This document shows, piece after piece, positions 55,771 to 62,703 of a stretch of 64,000 bases of DNA. The stretch spans positions 47,871 to 111,870 of the IMG/VR virus record IMGVR_UViG_3300028027_000002. One strand, 5' to 3'. Source of the DNA: a virus. Each line of letters begins with the position of its first letter. The first letter of the stretch is position 1. The notes beneath the pieces are model-generated. The model was not told the DNA's origin. It did not search any database and worked only from the letters and a program-made list of their open reading frames with translations. The translations under genes and the position numbers were made by a program.

Positions 55771-56205
55771 TTATTTATTTTCCATTTCTATTAGGGTCAT
55801 TTCTTCAATTGTAGCGCATTGTGGGCACTTTTGCAAGTCTGCCTCGTCAAAGGCATCTCTAACTATATTATCAGGGTCCTCAAACTCAGCATTACAGTTC
55901 TCGCAGTAGAACCAGTTATGGCTTACCAAGACCTGCACGGTATCGTCAGGGGTGAAAGGAATCTCAGTGACAAAGTATCCTATTCTATTAACAAATCCCC
56001 AACCATTCCAGATATATGTGCCACCGTCGTCTCCGTCTCCATACATCCAGATATGGCCATTGCCTGCCTGCTTTACAAACTCTACTTCCTCACCATATGT
56101 TTCAAACATCAATCCGTCGAATGAAGCATTAGTGTCTATATGATTAGTGATAGGCTTGTACTTATCTACCCACTCTTCAAATTCAAGTTCTGTAAAGTTA
56201 CCCAT
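55771..56205 (-). CDS. Hypothetical protein with C-terminal zinc ribbon
   Basis: MFETYG...GFVNRIGYFVT; CENC...CPQC. Confidence 0.6.
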   Translation of the reverse strand: MGNFTELEFEEWVDKYKPITNHIDTNASFDGLMFETYGEEVEFVKQAGNGHIWMYGDGDDGGTYIWNGWGFVNRIGYFVTEIPFTPDDTVQVLVSHNWFYCENCNAEFEDPDNIVRDAFDEADLQKCPQCATIEEMTLIEMENK

Positions 56206-56458
56206 TACTCTTTATCCTATCTGCGATAGCAAATGCTAGGTCATATGTTAATTGGTATACTTCTACATAAGCGTCAAGCATACCCTCTAGATGTAGGCGG
56301 TCTACGGTTTGGTCATACTGCTCATTCTCATGGTCAGTATACTCAGCCAATGCTTGCTCGGTTTGATACATGAGGTTCTTTAATTCCCCATGTAGGATGT
56401 TGGTACCTGATTCACCTAAGTCAATCAGTTTTTGTAGTCTTGGGTCTAATGTTGTCAT
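56198..56458 (-). CDS. Hypothetical protein
   Basis: Leaderless gene under a RecA-NDp-type promoter. Confidence 0.55.
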   Translation of the reverse strand: MTTLDPRLQKLIDLGESGTNILHGELKNLMYQTEQALAEYTDHENEQYDQTVDRLHLEGMLDAYVEVYQLTYDLAFAIADRIKSNG

Positions 56459-56666
56459 TAGTCTATTGTAGCCTCTAGCACTGACAAGAAATGGTAGCAG
56501 GCAAGAATCTGTCCAGTAGTAGAAACATCTTCTAACTCTAAGTCCTTATACTCATCACAGTCAAGGTCATCATAGAAGCCCATTTGCTTCTGTAGTTCCT
56601 CAGAGTCTTGCTCCAAGGACAGCAGGTGTAGTCTTACATATTCTTCGAATGTTTTTAGGTCCATAG
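56458..56666 (-). CDS. Hypothetical acidic protein
   Basis: Likely start MDLKTF; leaderless TTGTCA-17-TATAAT. Confidence 0.5.
56465..56486 (-). promoter_or_regulatory. RecA-NDp/PafBC-type promoter
   Basis: TGTCAG-tgctagaggc-TACAAT. Confidence 0.75.
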
Positions 56667-56668
56667 TA

Positions 56669-56899
56669 TTAATTATACGGGTTGGAGTCGATTTTGACAA
56701 CTGTACGGGGTGTGACCTTGCTCACATCTGTAATGATCGGAGCATAGGCCTCTTCATAACTAATATAGTTTAACATCCTACCACAAGGGCATTTCATTTC
56801 TACAACGCCCAGGGGAAAGCCAAAGCCATCCCTAGCAGTAAACTCAACCATAGCGTCACACTCTTCGGGATCACAGACAAAGGTATACTTACTCCACAT
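56669..56899 (-). CDS. Small zinc-binding protein
   Basis: CDPEEC...CPCG. Confidence 0.55.
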   Translation of the reverse strand: MWSKYTFVCDPEECDAMVEFTARDGFGFPLGVVEMKCPCGRMLNYISYEEAYAPIITDVSKVTPRTVVKIDSNPYN

Positions 56900-57224
56900 T
56901 AGTCAAAGTACCCTTCTGCCCATAGTCCATCTAAGAACTCTGTTGCTTTAAATAGATTATCATGTAGCCAAGGGTCGTTGTTAAAATCAACGGTAGTTAA
57001 AGCAGAATGAATAGCCATAGACATATTGTCTAGATCTTCTTTAGTATAACCTAACATACTTCCTCATCCCACCAGTATTTGACTATAGTATTTAAGGTAG
57101 TGTGAATTGCACAATCACAATCCCCACCGTTCATATTTTCCATGTATTCGAGATGGGACTCGTTGTCCATATACATCTCATTGACTAGTTCGTCAATCGT
57201 TCTCATTGTTTGGGTCATGTATTA

Positions 57225-57246
57225 ATTGTAGCGTATGGGACTGACA
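57225..57246 (-). promoter_or_regulatory. RecA-NDp/PafBC-type promoter
   Basis: TGTCAG-tcccatacgc-TACAAT, ATG 6 nt downstream. Confidence 0.75.
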
Positions 57247-57338
57247 AATGCAAGGTTTGGGGAAAAAATATTTCCTATCGTAAAGAATTTCTGGGAAAAA
57301 TATCAGCCTATCGTAAAGTTATTTAATTAAAAATATTA

Positions 57339-57354
57339 TGTGATGTAGGTCACA
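57339..57354. promoter_or_regulatory. CRP/GlxR-type box
   Basis: TGTGA-TGTAGG-TCACA, perfect consensus. Confidence 0.7.
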
Positions 57355-57403
57355 GCCGACGTCGCAAAATTTTTATGCATTGCGTTGCATATTTATTTAC
57401 TTG

Positions 57404-57477
57404 CGATCCGTATGGGACTTGAACCCATGACCTCCACCGTGACAGGGTGGCGAACTAACCAACTATTCTAACGGACC
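57404..57477 (-). tRNA. tRNA-Asp(GTC)
   Basis: Cloverleaf; CCACC-CTGTCAC-GGTGG; GGTTCAAGTCC. Confidence 0.92.
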
Positions 57478-57481
57478 ATGT

Positions 57482-57511
57482 TGAGCAGTTTTAATTCATG
57501 CTCAGGAAATT
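57482..57511 (-). ncRNA. Repeated pseudoknot motif, copy 3
   Basis: AATTTC-C-TGAGCA-T-GAATT-AAAAC-TGCTCA. Confidence 0.65.
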
Positions 57512-57514
57512 TTG

Positions 57515-58528
57515 TTATGCGTTTGTTAGTTCACGCACAACTTTTAGCAAACGATTTTTTTCTGCGTTGATAGCAGGGTCAAAACCACTTGCAGATGCAA
57601 GAATGGATTCGTTAGAACCACCACGAGCAGAACGGTACCAGTCAAGGCGTTCTGTTAGTGCATTGAAAGCACCCCACGCATTACCAGCAATCATTCCATT
57701 AAACTCGCCTGTATAGATGTCGTTAATAACATCTACCTTGTTTTCCCATTTCTTGAAAGCACCCTTAGAATCCTTTTCAGGCTTTGGGTATGCAGCAAGA
57801 ATGATGTCGTTAAACATCTGAGCAGACACTTCTTTTTCAATCATAGCCTTAGCCATAAGGTCAAAAGAGTCCATGTACTTATGTGCAAGTCCAAGAGTTT
57901 CACGAGCAACGGCAACCTTACCGCTTGCAGTTTGTGTGTGACGAATCTTGAATGATTGCTTTACGCCACCCTTTTTGCGGGTAGTGTTAAGTGCAAGATT
58001 GAGAGTGTTAGCGCACACAACACGAACAGGTGTAATGCTTGCTTGAATAGCGATTGAGCCATCATGTGATGTGTTGATGAGCAAATAAGTTTTTACCTTG
58101 TCTGCAACACCATTAGGGTCAAGAATTGTTTCACGCTCTAGTGCTAAAGCACCGAACACTACACGACCACCCTTGATTGAGCCAGCCGTTTCCCAACGAC
58201 CACCACCATCAAGAATGTTATCACCGAATGAAAATAAATCTTCATTCTGCATTACATGGTAACGCTCACCAACGACACCAAGAATGTCGGTCTGAGTGTT
58301 GTCAGTAGGATTGGTACGCAATACATACTGATAGTTTTTGTCGCTTGTTAGGTGTGTGGGGGTTTCCAAATCCTCAAGACGAACATTCCAGTTGGAAAGG
58401 TTAGCCAAATCTAACATTTCTTTTGTGGTTTTTTCCTCTGTGAATACGGTACCCAATCCATGCCAAGCGGGTTCACGGAAAGATGCAAAAGATGCTTTTC
58501 CGTTTTGTGTTTCTAGGTCATGTGCCAT
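57515..58528 (-). CDS. DUF932 (phage/plasmid-like) protein
   Basis: PAWHGLG, ETAGSIKGGRVVF, NTSHDGS, TPVRVVCANTL, IRHT, AWGAFNALTE. Confidence 0.88.
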   Translation of the reverse strand: MAHDLETQNGKASFASFREPAWHGLGTVFTEEKTTKEMLDLANLSNWNVRLEDLETPTHLTSDKNYQYVLRTNPTDNTQTDILGVVGERYHVMQNEDLFSFGDNILDGGGRWETAGSIKGGRVVFGALALERETILDPNGVADKVKTYLLINTSHDGSIAIQASITPVRVVCANTLNLALNTTRKKGGVKQSFKIRHTQTASGKVAVARETLGLAHKYMDSFDLMAKAMIEKEVSAQMFNDIILAAYPKPEKDSKGAFKKWENKVDVINDIYTGEFNGMIAGNAWGAFNALTERLDWYRSARGGSNESILASASGFDPAINAEKNRLLKVVRELTNA

Positions 58529-58559
58529 GAGTTTTCTCCTTTTTGTTGTTGTTAATTTA

Positions 58560-58581
58560 AGTATACACCCACCCACTGACA
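58560..58581 (-). promoter_or_regulatory. RecA-NDp/PafBC-type promoter
   Basis: TGTCAG-tgggtgggtg-TATACT. Confidence 0.75.
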
Positions 58582-58711
58582 AATGCAAATCGGGATAGTT
58601 AGATGTGGATAAATCGGACATTGTGGTGAAGATCACCTATCGTAAACGGCGTGTCGATTTGACAAAGTTATCCACAGGCGGGACGTCAAAAATTTGCAGG
58701 GATTTTAAAAA

Positions 58712-58740
58712 TGAGCAGTTTTTAAACATGCTCAGGTTTA
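58712..58740 (-). ncRNA. Repeated pseudoknot motif, copy 4
   Basis: TAAAC-C-TGAGCA-T-GTTTA-AAAAC-TGCTCA followed by T-run. Confidence 0.65.
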
Positions 58741-58754
58741 TTAGTAGCCCCCTA

Positions 58755-59174
58755 CTAAATATCCACTCGGTCAATCGATGACGATAACCATGAAATATTA
58801 TCTGAGTTGTATTGCACTGTATCAAAATCAATATCATGAATTAAATTCTGTGCATCCTCTTCATTACGAGCATTGACAGTTACGGAGTACATTACTGTAA
58901 CTTCAACTTCAAATTCTTTTGATAGTTCAAATCCACAGATATCTGCAATTTCTTGTGCTTCTGATTCATTCAATGTACCAGAGTCAAGCGCTTCCAGTGT
59001 CCACTCTTGCATTGCTTCAACGATACGATTCTTATCTGCAGACTCGCCGTATGAGCGTTGTGTTACTACTTGAATATGCTTTTCTAGTTCATCTATGCGT
59101 GTTTTGTTTTGTGCAAGAGTGGTTTCTAAAAACTCTCTTGTCATGTAGTGATTATCGATTACTGGTTGGTCCAT
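58755..59174 (-). CDS. Hypothetical acidic protein
   Basis: GAGG RBS; C-terminal VTVNARNEEDA motif. Confidence 0.6.
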   Translation of the reverse strand: MDQPVIDNHYMTREFLETTLAQNKTRIDELEKHIQVVTQRSYGESADKNRIVEAMQEWTLEALDSGTLNESEAQEIADICGFELSKEFEVEVTVMYSVTVNARNEEDAQNLIHDIDFDTVQYNSDNISWLSSSIDRVDI

Positions 59175-59208
59175 AAGGGCTACCTCTTTCTGTTAGTTGT
59201 TTAGTTTA

Positions 59209-59230
59209 ATTGTACTGGGTACCACTGACA
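59209..59230 (-). promoter_or_regulatory. RecA-NDp/PafBC-type promoter (also TTGACA -35)
   Basis: TTGACAAA-TGTCAG-tggtacccag-TACAAT. Confidence 0.75.
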
Positions 59231-59251
59231 TTTGTCAAGGGCCCTTGCGGG

Positions 59252-59278
59252 GAGCAGTTTTGATACTTACTCAGGTAT
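59252..59278 (-). ncRNA. Repeated pseudoknot motif, copy 5
   Basis: ATAC-C-TGAGTA-A-GTAT-CAAAAC-TGCTC. Confidence 0.55.
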
Positions 59279-59430
59279 TTACACTTCTTGCAGTTGGTGT
59301 GAACTGGCTCTATAGTATTTCTATTATCGCCCTAATCAGCCTGGCGAATGATCCCTAGGGAACGCTTGCTATAAATAGCGTGGAGCGCAAGGGATAATGA
59401 GTGGGGCTTTTACACCCCACCCAATCTCAC

Positions 59431-59853
59431 TTAGAGGTAACGAGCAACCGCATTGTAAGTGCTGGTGCTAACTACTTCCTCATCTGTCATCTTGAGAATA
59501 CGAATTGCGTTTGAGATTTCCTCTTTCTGCTCACGATAGTTATAGATAGAGATTGACTCAAAATCCTTTACAGGCTCTTTTGGCAAATCCTTTTCTGCTA
59601 CTGTGAGGTCGAAGTCAATGTTTAACTGATTGTTCCATGAGCGATAGTTAGTGCGGAAGTTTTCTGCCTTCTTGATGTTTGCTATTGCATAATCAACAAG
59701 TTCCTTTTTCCACTTCTCGTATTGCTTTTGGTACTTTGCTTCGTTTGCTTCTTGTGAGGTGTAATCAAGTTCTAGTTTTGCTAGTGCGCCTTCTAGTGCC
59801 TTGATTACCTTTGGTGTTGCGATTTTTACTGAGATTGCTTTTTGTCGTGCCAT
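59431..59853 (-). CDS. Hypothetical coiled-coil protein
   Basis: ORF under RecA-NDp-type promoter. Confidence 0.6.
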   Translation of the reverse strand: MARQKAISVKIATPKVIKALEGALAKLELDYTSQEANEAKYQKQYEKWKKELVDYAIANIKKAENFRTNYRSWNNQLNIDFDLTVAEKDLPKEPVKDFESISIYNYREQKEEISNAIRILKMTDEEVVSTSTYNAVARYL

Positions 59854-59888
59854 GTTGGTTTCTCTTTTCTTTTTGTGGGTTAGTTTCT

Positions 59889-59910
59889 ATTATAGGGGGT
59901 GGGTCTGACA
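59889..59910 (-). promoter_or_regulatory. RecA-NDp/PafBC-type promoter
   Basis: TGTCAG-acccaccccc-TATAAT. Confidence 0.75.
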
Positions 59911-59993
59911 TTTCCCCCGTAGGGGGGAGAGTTCTTACTTACGACATTGGACTAGATACTCTCCTAAACTGTCCCTGTTTCGATTATCTTATT

Positions 59994-60161
59994 TTACTTT
60001 GCTGTCCAAGTTGTCCAGCGTGTGTTACCATTTACATCTAACTTAACACGAACTGTGTCGCCTGTCTTGCTAGGTGCGATTTCCAAGATTGTGCCTGTTA
60101 CCTTTGACTTCTGTGAAGTGTATAGGTCGCCTACCTTGTATGTTGCGGTTGCTACTGTCAT
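59994..60161 (-). CDS. Small SH3/KOW-like beta protein (not in ORF track)
   Basis: MTVATATYKVGDL...VTGTILEI...VRVKL...RWTTW, AAGGA RBS. Confidence 0.55.
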   Translation of the reverse strand: MTVATATYKVGDLYTSQKSKVTGTILEIAPSKTGDTVRVKLDVNGNTRWTTWTAK

Positions 60162-60273
60162 TTTGTTTTTCCTTTTCTGTTAGGGTTTGTTGCCTTATGT
60201 ATTAAGTATAGCAAAAAATCTAAGAAATAACAAATCCATTTCCAAATAATCTCAAAATGTGAGACATTATCTA

Positions 60274-60289
60274 TGTGATTTGCGTCACT
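60274..60289. promoter_or_regulatory. CRP/GlxR-type box (one mismatch)
   Basis: TGTGA-TTTGCG-TCACT; second near-site GGTGA-GAAACA-TCACA at 60360-60375. Confidence 0.55.
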
Positions 60290-60507
60290 AGGTTTCCTGC
60301 TTATAATACAATTTTAGCAGAAAAATCTCAAAAATACAAATCCTGCCTCAAAACCTGGGGGTGAGAAACATCACATCGTAAACCTGCGTGTTGGGCTTGA
60401 CAAATGACTGGTCAGCCGACGTCCCATTTTTCAGGGGATTAGCCACTACCTCCTAAGATAGAAACCATTACTATTAGTATCATTAGTAAATAGAACCAAG
60501 GGCTCAT

Positions 60508-61242
60508 TTATTTTTTACTTGCACTAAATATGATATCACTCTTAGAGTATACACAAAGTGAGCAAGAAACGCAAGCGCTACCAGCAGTTGAGATAAGTGG
60601 AATTTGTTTATTATTCTCAGGACACTTAGCAGCAGGACGGCCAGTCATTTCTTTTACATCGGCTTGACCAATAGCGAAATTCTTAGCAAGGTATGCCATG
60701 CGAACACCGCTATTAATTTTTAGATCAACCGCTGTTTTTACATTCTCGCTATCTGCAGAGAAGTATAGACTAAGATTAGGAATGTCCTTAAGAATAAGTG
60801 CAGCACTCTTTACACGAGTGTATACCCAGAATTGAACATCCTCATGCTTATCAATAACTACTTTCCATGCATATGTATATGTATCATTAAAGAAATCTCC
60901 GTCCCAGTGGATACGGAATAGCATAGGAGCGTCTTTCTTTATACAGTCATTCTTGAAATCAATGATCATCTCATTAAGCAAGCGGACCATATCTTCACCG
61001 TCTGCGTCTTTAAGCAGATCCCAATTGTGTAATAGGTTAGCCTTTACACCCTTGAAGAGTTTTTCAAGTTTTCCTGCATAGCATACGCTTTCACATACGC
61101 TAGTGGCACCAGGGCACGAGAAAGCCTTTCCAGCAGGTAGACCAAAGGTATTTGCGATTGCGGCTTGCTTTCCATTTTTTGTGACAAGATTAGCCACCTT
61201 TCTATCATTAGAGCGTTTTAGTTTAAGTGTATTAGTAGTCAA
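60508..61242 (-). CDS. GP88-family protein (Cys-rich, radical-SAM-like)
   Basis: FGLPAG...SCPGAT..C...CYA, FRIHWDGDF, FWVYTR, CPEN...CVSCSLC. Confidence 0.75.
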   Translation of the reverse strand: MTTNTLKLKRSNDRKVANLVTKNGKQAAIANTFGLPAGKAFSCPGATSVCESVCYAGKLEKLFKGVKANLLHNWDLLKDADGEDMVRLLNEMIIDFKNDCIKKDAPMLFRIHWDGDFFNDTYTYAWKVVIDKHEDVQFWVYTRVKSAALILKDIPNLSLYFSADSENVKTAVDLKINSGVRMAYLAKNFAIGQADVKEMTGRPAAKCPENNKQIPLISTAGSACVSCSLCVYSKSDIIFSASKK

Positions 61243-61411
61243 GGCCTAGACTCATTTCTAGAGCAATGTCTTCGTTATAAGTATATGACATTTCTTCAAG
61301 AAGGCAATGAGTGCACTTATCTTCATACTCATCTACAGAGTTTTCTTTGCATGAAGGGCACACTGTTGCATAGTACTCATCAAGAATTTCATCGTTTTCG
61401 TAGGTCATGGG

Positions 61412-61558
61412 CTATTCTCCTTTTTGTTGATATTTTAATTGTATCAGTTCGGACTGACATTTCTTTCGATTGTAAGTCCTTTTAGAAGGCACGGCAGAGG
61501 CAGCGTTGCTACGGCGTAGGTCCATAAGCCTGCGGAGTTCCTCATCTGTTTTCTTCAT
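61412..61558 (-). CDS. Small basic protein (not in ORF track)
   Basis: MKKTDEELRRLMDLRRSNAA...; leaderless start. Confidence 0.5.
   Translation of the reverse strand: MKKTDEELRRLMDLRRSNAASAVPSKRTYNRKKCQSELIQLKYQQKGE
61438..61459 (-). promoter_or_regulatory. RecA-NDp/PafBC-type promoter
   Basis: TGTCAG-tccgaactga-TACAAT. Confidence 0.75.
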
Positions 61559-61604
61559 ATAACAATATTAACACACATCCAACAAAAATGTCAAATCTGA
61601 ATCG

Positions 61605-61620
61605 TGTGATTAAAATCACA
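61605..61620. promoter_or_regulatory. CRP/GlxR-type box
   Basis: TGTGA-TTAAAA-TCACA, perfect consensus. Confidence 0.7.
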
Positions 61621-61788
61621 AAAATTTTTCCGAGCCCAGGTTCGGGGAAAAGAAAATTAACCTTCTTAAAGATATTTTATATAGGTTACTGGTGAGTAGG
61701 GCAAGGTTATCCACAGGTTATCCCCAGACACACCCGAACGCGACGTCCAAAAATCGCAGAGTTTTATTTCTGCGATCTTGGTTTTTAT

Positions 61789-62055
61789 TTATTCGTTTTC
61801 TAAATACGATTCAAAATCATTTAGAAAAACACGATACGCAATCGGGTCGCACTCTTTTAGAATGTCAGCAGGATAAAATAAAATTCCTGCAATCACTACT
61901 GGTTCATGCGAATCGTTTATGTATTCGTTGAATTGCTCTTGCAATTCTTGTTCTAACTCATAGTCAGTTTTTTCATCAATCTCATTTAGCAATTCTGCTA
62001 ATACGGGCTCAACTGCTTTTGCAGCAAGGTCTAACTTTTCTTGTAGTGTTTTCAT
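61789..62055 (-). CDS. Hypothetical protein (LKECDPIAYR motif)
   Basis: ORF in early array. Confidence 0.55.
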   Translation of the reverse strand: MKTLQEKLDLAAKAVEPVLAELLNEIDEKTDYELEQELQEQFNEYINDSHEPVVIAGILFYPADILKECDPIAYRVFLNDFESYLENE

Positions 62056-62250
62056 TTATTTAACCAACCCTTCGAACCATTGAGAATAACCACCCATGAA
62101 GAATACCTCTTCACCTTTGTGATTAGTAAGTGTTGCAGTCAATGATTCAGTTTCATCATTAACCTCTAGAATCTCTTTGACAAGATAGTTTTGATCGTTG
62201 GAGATAAACAGTTTTCCAACATTGGTTTTATTTATTAGTGATAGTGACAT
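62056..62250 (-). CDS. Hypothetical protein
   Basis: ORF in early array. Confidence 0.5.
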   Translation of the reverse strand: MSLSLINKTNVGKLFISNDQNYLVKEILEVNDETESLTATLTNHKGEEVFFMGGYSQWFEGLVK

Positions 62251-62553
62251 TAGTTTTCTACTTTCTTTAATTCATGTTGATTGTTAAGGGGGCGATTGTT
62301 ATTGGAGAACATGGCTTCAATAACCGCTTTATCTTTTATTGATTGAGCAATTCTTTTTTCTTGTTGCTCTTTAAGAATTCTATCAAAGGTACTCATTAGT
62401 CAAAGTATCCAAATTCTCCTATGCAAGAACCACAGATACCTGAAAATTCTTGCTCATGCTTTTCGCAATAAGCGACTTTCTTTGTTACATTAGTGTTAGT
62501 CATTTTTGACCTAACCTTTCTTAGTGAGAGTTTCTCACTTTCTTTATACTGTA

Positions 62554-62575
62554 AGTGTAGCATGGGGGACTGACA
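62554..62575 (-). promoter_or_regulatory. RecA-NDp/PafBC-type promoter
   Basis: TGTCAG-tcccccatgc-TACACT. Confidence 0.75.
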
Positions 62576-62614
62576 AATTAGCCTGTTTTTCGGGCGTGTC
62601 GGAAAACTATTTTT

Positions 62615-62663
62615 TGTGATAAGCATCACATGACTTATCCACAGGTTATCCACAGGCGACGTC
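62615..62663. promoter_or_regulatory. Composite block: CRP box + two DnaA boxes + GACGTC
   Basis: TGTGA-TAAGCA-TCACA (62615-30), TTATCCACA (62635, 62646), GACGTC (62658). Confidence 0.75.
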
Positions 62664-62703
62664 GCATTTTTTATGCGGGGAAGTGCATAAAAAATACTTT
62701 TAG

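Noticed and set aside
59295-59345. Hammerhead ribozyme (CTGATTAG...GAAA on minus strand)
   Set aside because: Core is not CUGANGA and I could not build the three required stems
59915-59985. HDV-like/theta ribozyme
   Set aside because: Only 5 nt between the two stems, leaving no room for P3/L3
52800-62700. LexA (TCGAAC-N4-GTTCGA) SOS boxes in the early promoters
   Set aside because: Looked for by eye and not found; the damage-type motif present is the LexA-independent one
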